A DNA stretch of 20,000 bases, from NCBI GenBank assembly GCA_001661245.1, contig KV454011.1, positions 876,908 through 896,907 on the forward strand, in the 5' to 3' direction. The stretch's first letter is position 1. Each line of letters opens with the position of its first letter. The position numbers and the translations under genes were made by a program. Source of the DNA: Pachysolen tannophilus NRRL Y-2460 (lineage: Eukaryota). This document shows positions 1 to 8,247 of this stretch, one piece after another. Under the pieces are notes generated by a model. It did no database searches, had not been told where the DNA came from, and saw nothing but the letters and a program-made list of their open reading frames with translations.

Positions 1-494
1 GATTCAAATCCTTGTTTCCCTAATTTAGCATTCGAATCAAATCTTTCAATCGACCATTCTTCAATCTTATCAGTAAGTCTTTGAAAAGTGGAATAAGCTT
101 TTATCTCAGCACATTGCTCAAATGTGGTCTTGCTGAATGGAGACTCATTATCCGGTACATACTTGACAACTTCATAAACAGATAATATATTGTTCATGGT
201 CATATTACAAGACCTCATTGTTAAAGTTTGGTTCACCGGATCAACCTCACTAACCTCTCTCACATAAGACCTTATTTGTCCTCCCACCATAAGAGCAATC
301 CATTTTGGAATTTTCTGCTCACAAGTAATCAATCTCTCAGATCTTAAGATTCCTGTAATTGGATGAACTTCTCTTCTCAAGACATCTACAGCCACAACAT
401 GAGTAGATTTTTCATTAGGATATTTTCTCCAGTTAGCAGCCGTAACCTGACTCCACGGATAATTAAAAGAGCAACTAGATTCAAATAACTTCAT
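1..494 (-). CDS. UPS2: PRELI/MSF1-domain mitochondrial intermembrane-space lipid transfer protein (Ups2-like); 3' end runs off the window
   Basis: Not in the ORF track. Manual translation from ATG at 494 is open to position 1: MKLFESSCSFNYPWSQVTAANWRKYPNEKSTHVVAVDVLRRE...LTMRSCNMT...KIEEWSIERFDSNAKLGKQGFE. This closely matches the recalled yeast Ups2 (MKLF..FNYPWDQVTAANWKKYPNE..THVIAVDVLRRE). Confidence 0.92.
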   Translation of the reverse strand, partial: MKLFESSCSFNYPWSQVTAANWRKYPNEKSTHVVAVDVLRREVHPITGILRSERLITCEQKIPKWIALMVGGQIRSYVREVSEVDPVNQTLTMRSCNMTMNNILSVYEVVKYVPDNESPFSKTTFEQCAEIKAYSTFQRLTDKIEEWSIERFDSNAKLGKQGFE

Positions 495-963
495 GGCTAA
501 AACAACTATTTTTTCCTTTTTTCAACCTAAAATCTAACCCAATCACTTTTTTTTTGAAATTGAAATAAATTAAAATAAAGAGAAATGAAAAAAAAAAAAA
601 AAAAGGTAAAATAAAATTTATTTCTTTCTTTTTTTTTTCCACTGAAATCTTATCTCTCTCTTTCTCTCTCTTTATTTTCCGTGTGGAAAAAAGAGAAATT
701 TTCGGAAAAATTCTTTATGTCCTGAACGGTGATTTTTGTAGTGTTGTACACTATGTTGAGAATTTGGGACATAAAGTGTCGAAGAGTTATTGGGCTATTT
801 AGCTTTTATTAGACTTCAAATTGAAAATTGAAAAAAGGTGGGTAGAATATATATTAGATACCTAAGAGGCGAGTTGTGTGTTAGTATTGGAAGGCTTAAG
901 GTAATTTAATTTAATTTTTAAAAGAGATCAAATAAAAAAAAAGTTTTATTTACAGTTGTGACT

Positions 964-1854
964 ATGCAGACGCATCCAACTATTAAAGATGGATGGTTTA
1001 GAGAAATATCAGAGACTTCATTTCCTGGCCAAGCATTTTGTTTAAAAGTTAAGAGAATTCTTCATAGTGAAAAATCTGAATTTCAAGACATTTTAGTGTT
1101 TGAATCGGAAAGTTATGGAAATGTGTTGGTATTAGATGGGATTGTTCAATGTACTGAAAGAGATGAGTTTGCATATCAAGAATTAATTTCACATATACCA
1201 TTATTTTCACATCCTAATCCAAAGAGGATCTTGGTTATTGGTGGAGGTGATGGGGGTGTCTTGAGAGAAGTTGTTAAACATGGAGATACTATTGAAAGTG
1301 TGACTTTAGTGGAAATTGATGAAACTGTTATAAAATTAAGTAAAAAATATTTACCAAATATGGCAAAAGGTTTTGATCATGAAAAAGTTAAAGTAGTATT
1401 AGATGATGGGTTTAAATTTTTGAAAAAAGTTCTGCAAGAAAATAATGGGAAATATGATATAATTATTACTGATTCTTCTGATCCAGAAGGTCCAGCAGAA
1501 GCATTTTTCAGGAAAAATTATTTTGAATTAATGTATAATGCATTGAATGATGATGGTATAGTTATCACTCAAGCTTCAGAAAATTGTTGGTTAAACGTTG
1601 ATAAATTGAAAGATTTGAAAAAAATATGTAAACAAGTTTTCCCAATTGTTGAATATGGATACGTTACTATACCTTCATATACATCGGGACAGTTGGGATT
1701 GATGTGTTGTAGTAAAAAATTACAAATTACAGAACCAATTAGAAAATTGTCTACACTGGAAGAAAGTAAATTATTTAAATATTACAATAGTGAGATACAT
1801 AAAGCAAGTTTTATACATCCAACATGGGCCAAAAAACTTATTGATGGAAATTAG
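964..1854 (+). CDS. SPE4: Spermine synthase (aminopropyltransferase)
   Basis: First ATG is at 964 (track start 958 is GTG). Family motifs LVIGGGDGG and DSSDPEGPA are present. Spe4-type rather than Spe3-type residues: [26 protein letters not shown], SENx[11 protein letters not shown]. Adjacent to RMP1 and ACF2 as in S. cerevisiae. Confidence 0.88.
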   Translation: MQTHPTIKDGWFREISETSFPGQAFCLKVKRILHSEKSEFQDILVFESESYGNVLVLDGIVQCTERDEFAYQELISHIPLFSHPNPKRILVIGGGDGGVLREVVKHGDTIESVTLVEIDETVIKLSKKYLPNMAKGFDHEKVKVVLDDGFKFLKKVLQENNGKYDIIITDSSDPEGPAEAFFRKNYFELMYNALNDDGIVITQASENCWLNVDKLKDLKKICKQVFPIVEYGYVTIPSYTSGQLGLMCCSKKLQITEPIRKLSTLEESKLFKYYNSEIHKASFIHPTWAKKLIDGN

Positions 1855-1885
1855 AAATTAGAAATTAGAAATTAGAAATTAGAAA
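1847..1885 (+). repeat. (GAAATTA)x5.6 tandem heptamer overlapping the SPE4 stop codon
   Basis: Perfect units start at 1847, 1854, 1861, 1868 and 1875, followed by a partial GAAA. Confidence 0.95.
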
Positions 1886-1901
1886 GAAATAAATAAAGTT
1901 T

Positions 1902-2564
1902 TTATCCAAATATATCATCAATTACACTTCTCTTTTTCTGTTTCGTAGTCTTATCTTTTTTCTTCTTTTTCTGTTTCTTTTTTTCTGTCTTGTTCTTTCC
2001 AAACACTTCATCTATAAAATCCATGCCTTTTTCTTGCTCCATCACCATCTTCTCTAATTTATTTATATCATTATCATTATTATCATTATCATCGATTTCA
2101 AATTTCGTTGCTACTATTTCTTCACCTATATCTTGCCTATTAACGGCAAAATCAAGAATTTCCTGCCTTATTCCAATTTTTGAAATGTTTTCCTTAGAAT
2201 TATCTTTCACTTCTATTAATATGCCATATATTTTACTCAAACACCCAATCAAGGCAAAACCTGAAGTTATAAATTGACCTAAATTCAAAATCGAGTAAAA
2301 TGCAGAATATGAATCCGGTATTATATATCTAAGCAAATATTTCACTATTCCCAATTGTCTTTCCTTTAAATTTTTACCTCTAGTTTTTGGCAATAACAAC
2401 AACAACAACTTCCTCAAATACCTTACCAAGATATTTAAATATTTAAACCATTTAGAAGACTTGTGTTGATTCTTATTTCTATGATAAAGCAAAAATAATA
2501 TCTCGTACTCATTAGTTAGACTCTTTATCTGGACATCAGAAAATATCGGTCCTTCCAAACTCAT
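1902..2564 (-). CDS. RMP1: RNase MRP-specific subunit Rmp1
   Basis: 220-aa ORF with LxxEYxILxLLxHRNKNQH near the N-terminus, an LGQF motif, and a Lys-rich C-terminus ending SVIDDIFG. It lies between SPE4 and ACF2 as in S. cerevisiae. Confidence 0.9.
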   Translation of the reverse strand: MSLEGPIFSDVQIKSLTNEYEILFLLYHRNKNQHKSSKWFKYLNILVRYLRKLLLLLLPKTRGKNLKERQLGIVKYLLRYIIPDSYSAFYSILNLGQFITSGFALIGCLSKIYGILIEVKDNSKENISKIGIRQEILDFAVNRQDIGEEIVATKFEIDDNDNNDNDINKLEKMVMEQEKGMDFIDEVFGKNKTEKKKQKKKKKDKTTKQKKRSVIDDIFG

Positions 2565-2903
2565 ATTCTAAAAAAATCTCAACACAGGAGCAACGATATC
2601 CCTCTGTTACTTCAAACACTTTTATTAATCAAAGTTCAACCAATTCATGATCATGGTCTTAAAACTTATCATAGTCTTCTTCTTCGCAAAATGTGATGGC
2701 ATAAGCGCACTTTTTCCATTTTTCTACGTTAAAAGCGCACAGCGTTTGCTTCCGCTTTTAAATATTTTGCATGCGCACTTTTCTCTTAATATTCTTGGTA
2801 TTTTGTGCATAGAGTGTGGATTCAATTAGCAGTTTCTCTTTAGTTTGGGGTTGAGTTTTCATTAGTCTATTGAAATCGATTGAATGGATTGAAGAATTTA
2901 ATC

Positions 2904-5321
2904 ATGGGCCTTGTGCATAAGTTGGCTGATAAGATTGAGAGTAAGACTCATAAGGGTGGCAGTAGGGGTGGAAGTGCTGGTGTTGATGGTACCGGATCTG
3001 CTCTTGGGAATTCGAATGCACATCAGGTGAAAGCTCAAACGCAAACGGAAACGCAAACGCAAACGCATGGAAAACTGGGCTATTCTTATAGCAGACCACC
3101 AATGCCATTACCAGTACCGCAAAGGCCAAATAATGGTATTGGTCTGGATGATATTTTTTTTACTCCAGTCTCGGATCTGGATCCTTCATTATTTTTCCAA
3201 TCAGCAAATCATCCACTTTCCCTTCCGCATGGAATTTATAACGATTTTTTTAAGAAAGATAGATGCTCATCGCCAATTGAAACAAATTCATTTTATGGAA
3301 ACCTTTTGGTTGACAATCAAACCGCACCTGTATGGACGCATCCTTACTCTATGTGGTATACTGCAAATAGAGAAGATGAGCAGCAGTTTTTTGGATGGGC
3401 AATATCTCATGTAACGAGTGATCAAAGAGTATTTGGACCAAATCCAAATGATGATCGTATCCAGTATTATTTCAATCCAGCTGGCATCAAGAGTTTTGTC
3501 TTTACCGCGCAAGAGTTTAATGACAAGAGAAATGTTGTATTAGAAATTGATAGTTGTGAAAAATTTAGTACCAATATTTACCTATCTCCAAAGAATAGTA
3601 ATTCTTTTCTTAAATTCCCGTTGGTACAAGGTATGGGATTTATAACTGGTATTTACTTTGATTTAATTCCAAAATTACAATCGGGTATTGGTATCCAAAA
3701 TTTTGAATTAGACCATACTTTTAAGAGTGCTAATAACGGTATGATTCAAAAAAAGTATAAAATTAAGTTATTTAATAATATTATATGGACATTATACGTT
3801 ACATCAACTGAAGATTTCAAATTAGAACTACAAGACCCTCAAAACATTGTTAGTGCAAATATTGTTAGGAAGTGTATTATACAGCTTGCATCTGGCTCAA
3901 ATGAAGCTTACGATAAAGCTGCTGGTTGCTATCCAACAGCTTGTAAACTTTCTGCAAAAATTGAAAATCATGGGAGTAAAGCAAGTTATGCATTCAATTA
4001 TACAATTGAGGGAAAAGATAATAGCTTTGCAAATACAACTCTAATGTATGCTTTACCTCATCATCAGCAAAGTTTCCTGTCTTCAATGAATAGTAGAAGA
4101 ACTGATTTACAATTGGATTCAACAGTATGTGGCAAGATGAGTGGCTATCTTACAAATGAATTTTTAATGGAAGAAAATTTACCACTGAAGATTAATATGG
4201 ATCCATGGATTGATTATGCCAATTTCCATGGAAATAATTATACTCCTCAGCTGTTAGAATCTATTAAAAGGGCAATTTCTACTGAATTTAACGATGATGT
4301 TGTAAATATTTCTAATACCGATTCGATGTACTCTTCGGGGAAAATCCTAGACAAATATGCTTACATATTATATGTCATTGCCTATGTCTTAAAAGACAAG
4401 GAACTTCTGTTGAGATTTCTGGATAAATTGGAAACTGCCATAAATAGATTTACCACAAATCAACAACAATGTCCTTTGGTGTTTGATCAGACTTGGAAAG
4501 GTATAGTCTCATCTGCTGGTTTAGATGGAAACATTTTCAAAGATTTTGGTAACACTCATTACAATGATCATCATTTTCATTATGGTTACCATATTCATTC
4601 TTGTGCAATTTTAGCCAAGTTCGATAAGGAATTTAAAAACGGTGAATTTTTAAGAAGAAACAAAGAATGGGTGAATTTTCTTATCAGAGATGTTGCCAAC
4701 CCTCGTAAAGATAATTTTTTCCCAGAATCAAGATCTTTTGATTGGTTTAATGGACATTCTTGGGCAAAAGGGATGTTTCCATCATTTGATGGTAAAGATG
4801 AAGAAAGTTCTTCGGAAGACTACAATTTTGCTTATGCTTTGAAAATTTGGGGGAATGTTGTAGGTGATAAAAATATTGAATCAAGGGGTAATTTGATGCT
4901 TGCAATTATGAAACGATCAATGAATAATTACATGCTATATAAAGATGATAATACGGTCGAGCCTTCAAAGATCATAAAGAACAAAGTAAGCGGTATCATG
5001 TTCGAAAACAAGATTGATCATGCAACCTATTTTGGTACAAACTTGGAATACATTCAAGGAATACACATGCTACCTATAACACCTATTTCATCCTACATTA
5101 GATCTCCCCAGTTTGTTAAAGAAGAATGGGAACAATTATTGAAAAATCATGTCTTGACACTTGATGACGGTTGGAAAGGTATATTGATGTTAAATTTAGC
5201 CCTATACGACCCACATAGCGCATGGAACTTCTTCAACGATAGCAGATTCCAAATGAAGTGGTTGGATAACGGTATGAGTTTGACTTGGTGTTTGGCATTT
5301 TGTGCTGGAGTGAGTCAATGA
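2904..5321 (+). CDS. ACF2: Intracellular endo-1,3-beta-glucanase, GH81 (Acf2/Eng2)
   Basis: First in-frame ATG is at 2904 (track start 2880 is TTG). GH81 motifs PLVQGMGF, YNDHHFHYGY, RSFDWFNGHSWAKG, DEESSSED and FENKIDHATYFG are present. No signal peptide. YSRPPMPLPVPQRP resembles the recalled Acf2 N-terminus. Confidence 0.92.
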   Translation: MGLVHKLADKIESKTHKGGSRGGSAGVDGTGSALGNSNAHQVKAQTQTETQTQTHGKLGYSYSRPPMPLPVPQRPNNGIGLDDIFFTPVSDLDPSLFFQSANHPLSLPHGIYNDFFKKDRCSSPIETNSFYGNLLVDNQTAPVWTHPYSMWYTANREDEQQFFGWAISHVTSDQRVFGPNPNDDRIQYYFNPAGIKSFVFTAQEFNDKRNVVLEIDSCEKFSTNIYLSPKNSNSFLKFPLVQGMGFITGIYFDLIPKLQSGIGIQNFELDHTFKSANNGMIQKKYKIKLFNNIIWTLYVTSTEDFKLELQDPQNIVSANIVRKCIIQLASGSNEAYDKAAGCYPTACKLSAKIENHGSKASYAFNYTIEGKDNSFANTTLMYALPHHQQSFLSSMNSRRTDLQLDSTVCGKMSGYLTNEFLMEENLPLKINMDPWIDYANFHGNNYTPQLLESIKRAISTEFNDDVVNISNTDSMYSSGKILDKYAYILYVIAYVLKDKELLLRFLDKLETAINRFTTNQQQCPLVFDQTWKGIVSSAGLDGNIFKDFGNTHYNDHHFHYGYHIHSCAILAKFDKEFKNGEFLRRNKEWVNFLIRDVANPRKDNFFPESRSFDWFNGHSWAKGMFPSFDGKDEESSSEDYNFAYALKIWGNVVGDKNIESRGNLMLAIMKRSMNNYMLYKDDNTVEPSKIIKNKVSGIMFENKIDHATYFGTNLEYIQGIHMLPITPISSYIRSPQFVKEEWEQLLKNHVLTLDDGWKGILMLNLALYDPHSAWNFFNDSRFQMKWLDNGMSLTWCLAFCAGVSQ
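3036..3065 (+). repeat. (CAAACG)-type hexamer repeat encoding QTQTETQTQT in the ACF2 N-terminal extension
   Basis: caaacg caaacg gaaacg caaacg caaacg. Confidence 0.9.
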
Positions 5322-5520
5322 GAGCATCACGACAGTCGTGTTCAAACCTCCTAAAACAAGAAGCTGCATCATCTCGCAGAACACCGTAAAGACGATAAAG
5401 AAGAGAATGGAGAAATCGATATAGATAGACCAAAACGTCTTAAATATATATATAGATATATATATAGTTGAAATTTGTCATTTTTATTGTTTCTTCTGAG
5501 TAATCAAGCTTTATGACAAT

Positions 5521-6042
5521 ATGTCTATTAATCTTCAGCCAGGTGACAGGTTTCCTTTGAATGTGAAATTTAACTACATTCCTTTCGAACCAAACTCGCA
5601 ATCATGCAGACAACCAATTAAATTCAATTGCGATGAACAATTCAAGGGAAAAAAAGTAATAATTGTTTCAATTCCGGCCGCTTTTTCTCCGACATGTTCA
5701 GAGAATCATATCCCACCTTTTATCGAAAGGCTTCCACATTTTCTCTCCAAGGGAATTGATCTTATTGTTGTGCTATCTGCAAATGATCCATTCGTAATGA
5801 ACGCATTTGCTCATCACTTGGGTGTTAAGAATAATAAGATTGTTTTCGTCAATGATCCTAGTGCCTGTTTTTCCAAAAGTATTGGTTTTCACATCGAAGA
5901 TAGTGGTAATTCCAATGGGATGGGTATTCGTAGTGGGAGGTATGCCATAATAATTGATAATTTAATTGTTAGATATTGTAGCATGGAAATTAAAAGAACT
6001 GTCAACGTCAGTAGCGCAGATACTCTCCTCTCAAAACTTTGA
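5521..6042 (+). CDS. AHP1: Prx5-type peroxiredoxin (Ahp1/Pmp20 family) with C-terminal PTS1 SKL
   Basis: PAAFSPTC carries the peroxidatic Cys59, and SQSCRQP carries an Ahp1-like resolving Cys29. NDPFV and SGRYA motifs are present and the protein ends in SKL. Family call is firm; AHP1 versus PMP20 orthology is less so. Confidence 0.8.
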   Translation: MSINLQPGDRFPLNVKFNYIPFEPNSQSCRQPIKFNCDEQFKGKKVIIVSIPAAFSPTCSENHIPPFIERLPHFLSKGIDLIVVLSANDPFVMNAFAHHLGVKNNKIVFVNDPSACFSKSIGFHIEDSGNSNGMGIRSGRYAIIIDNLIVRYCSMEIKRTVNVSSADTLLSKL

Positions 6043-6190
6043 AAACAAAAAATCATCGTAGAATCCTATCTGGTCTATTTCAATCCGATCCGATTGCAAA
6101 AATTATCATTAATTGTTGATTATACTTTGGGTCGGAGATAACTTGGTAATACGGCAAAACTCCGTTTATAAATTATTTTTTTTTTTTTGT

Positions 6191-6197
6191 TTAGTAA
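6191..6197 (+). promoter_or_regulatory. Candidate Yap1/Cap1 response element TTAGTAA
   Basis: Exact canonical YRE about 100 bp upstream of the AKR ATG, next to a poly-T tract. AT-rich background makes chance matches possible. Confidence 0.35.
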
Positions 6198-6295
6198 TAG
6201 ATAAAGTATTTTGGTTGTATTTAATTGAGTTTGATTTATTCTTTTAAAATTTTGATACAATTGATTTTAAAGAAGATTCAATTGAAAAAGAGAAT

Positions 6296-7348
6296 ATGTC
6301 GAATAACGATAACGTTGTTCCTTTAGATTTTTATAGAAATTTAGGTAATTCAGGTTTAAAAATTTCTAAAATCATTGTTGGCTGCATGTCATATGGTGAT
6401 AAACTGTGGGCAGATTGGGTTCTTGATGATGAAGAGAAAATTTTCCGTATTATGAAAAAATGCTATGATAATGGTATAAGGACATTTGATACTGCGAATG
6501 TTTATTCCAATGGTAAAAGTGAAGAGATTTTAAGGAAATTTATTGAAAAATATAAAATTAAGAGAAGTAAAATTGTTATTCTTTCTAAATGTTATTTTCC
6601 AGTAGATCCATATTCACCAGATTTTTATTCTCCTGAAAGGGAAAAAACTCCTGCTTATGAGTATATTAATTTACAAGGTCTTTCAAGAAAACATATTTTT
6701 GATGCTGTGGAAGATTCTGTTAAAAGATTAGGTACATATATGGATGTTTTACAAATCCATAGGTTGGATAAATCAACACCACCTGAAGAGATTATGAAAT
6801 CATTAAACGATGTTGTTGAGAAAGGTTATACGAGGTATATTGGTGCTTCATCGATGAAAGCATATGAATTTGCAAATTTACAATTTATTGCTGAAAAAAA
6901 TCATTGGCATAAATTTATTTCAATGCAAAATTATTATAATTTAATATATCGTGAAGAAGAACGAGAAATGATTCCTTATTGTAATGAATTTAATGTTGGT
7001 TTAATTCCGTGGTCTCCAAATGCTCGTGGATTATTGACCAGACCATTAAGCTCTAATAGTGATCGAACTAAATCTGACAAGAGCATGACACGTCTAAATT
7101 TAGATAAAATTGAAAATGATGCTGACGTTGAAATTATTAAAAGAGTTGAAGAATTATCAAAAAGGAAAAATGTCTCAATGGCAGCTATAGCCACAGCATG
7201 GGTTATTAACAAAGGTCAAACCCCAATTGTTGGTATCAATAAAGAAGAAAGAATCGATGATTTGCTTATCGCTGCTAAGCTACAGTTGACAAAGGAAGAA
7301 TTACAATATCTTGAAGAACCTTATGCACCAAAACTGCTGCTTTTTTGA
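6296..7348 (+). CDS. Aldo-keto reductase, YPL088W / Candida IFD-like (aryl-alcohol dehydrogenase-type)
   Basis: LGNSGLKISKIIVGCMSYG; catalytic tetrad contexts FDTANVY (Asp, Tyr), ILSKC (Lys) and LQIHR (His); also YIGASSM, SMQNYYNLIYREEEREM and IPWSP. Confidence 0.92.
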   Translation: MSNNDNVVPLDFYRNLGNSGLKISKIIVGCMSYGDKLWADWVLDDEEKIFRIMKKCYDNGIRTFDTANVYSNGKSEEILRKFIEKYKIKRSKIVILSKCYFPVDPYSPDFYSPEREKTPAYEYINLQGLSRKHIFDAVEDSVKRLGTYMDVLQIHRLDKSTPPEEIMKSLNDVVEKGYTRYIGASSMKAYEFANLQFIAEKNHWHKFISMQNYYNLIYREEEREMIPYCNEFNVGLIPWSPNARGLLTRPLSSNSDRTKSDKSMTRLNLDKIENDADVEIIKRVEELSKRKNVSMAAIATAWVINKGQTPIVGINKEERIDDLLIAAKLQLTKEELQYLEEPYAPKLLLF

Positions 7349-7470
7349 AAAATTATTAACTATTTTAGTCTCTTTTTTTTTATTTAGTTTGCCTTTAAAT
7401 AAATTTAAAATAAAAGAACTCATTTTCTTTGCATGTTTTAAGTAGATAGATAAGACAAAGATAGCTGCAC

Positions 7471-7472
<2 letters not shown>

Positions 7473-7506
<34 letters not shown>

Positions 7507-7535
7507 ATCTTTCTATCTATCTCTCTTTATCTTTC
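7473..7535. repeat. (CT)15 microsatellite followed by a degenerate pyrimidine tract
   Basis: Pure CT repeat at 7473-7502, then CTTT/CTAT-type units. Confidence 0.9.
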
Positions 7536-7630
7536 TGCCGCTCTCCGGGCCCCGTTGCTCTCCGCCCTTTGCCTTTCTTTCCGCCCATTCTCATCTAGAT
7601 GGCCGAACTAAAAAAAAAAAAGTACGTTCG

Positions 7631-7947
7631 NNNNNNNNNNNNNNNNNNNNNNNNNNNNNNNNNNNNNNNNNNNNNNNNNNNNNNNNNNNNNNNNNNNNNN
7701 NNNNNNNNNNNNNNNNNNNNNNNNNNNNNNNNNNNNNNNNNNNNNNNNNNNNNNNNNNNNNNNNNNNNNNNNNNNNNNNNNNNNNNNNNNNNNNNNNNNN
7801 NNNNNNNNNNNNNNNNNNNNNNNNNNNNNNNNNNNNNNNNNNNNNNNNNNNNNNNNNNNNNNNNNNNNNNNNNNNNNNNNNNNNNNNNNNNNNNNNNNNN
7901 NNNNNNNNNNNNNNNNNNNNNNNNNNNNNNNNNNNNNNNNNNNNNNN
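7631..7947. other. Assembly gap (317 N)
   Basis: Run of N flanked by poly-A tracts. Confidence 0.99.
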
Positions 7948-8247
7948 AAAAAAAAAAAAAAACAAGTCGTTCGTCTAAAATCAAAAGCTTGATCTTAAAC
8001 GATATTAGTCAAATAAAATAAAAAAAAAAAAAAAATTAACAAAAGATCGATCGCATGTGATACCACTAATATAACTTATTTTAATTAAGGTCAGTTTTTT
8101 TTTCTCTTTTTCTTTTTCTTTTTTATTTTTCTTTTTTTAAATTATAATTTAATACACCAAAACATAATGAATACAACCTATAATAATAAACAATAATAGT
8201 AATATAGAAATAAATTATTTATTTGGAAGTGTTGTTATTATTTTTAA

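Noticed and set aside
901..955. Possible 5'-UTR intron in SPE4 (AG/GTAATT ... TACAG)
   Set aside because: Donor is non-consensus and there is no TACTAAC-like branch point near the acceptor.
964..1854. SPE3 spermidine synthase call
   Set aside because: Diagnostic residues and the RMP1/ACF2 synteny fit SPE4 better.
1990..7212. Short ORFs 1990-2277, 2647-2829, 2902-3129, 3067-3414, 3288-3512, 3847-4044, 5202-5384, 5233-5433 and 6976-7212
   Set aside because: Antisense or alternate-frame shadows of real genes, or promoter sequence, with no recognisable motifs.
7591..8021. Three ORFs spanning the N run
   Set aside because: Artefacts of translating the assembly gap.
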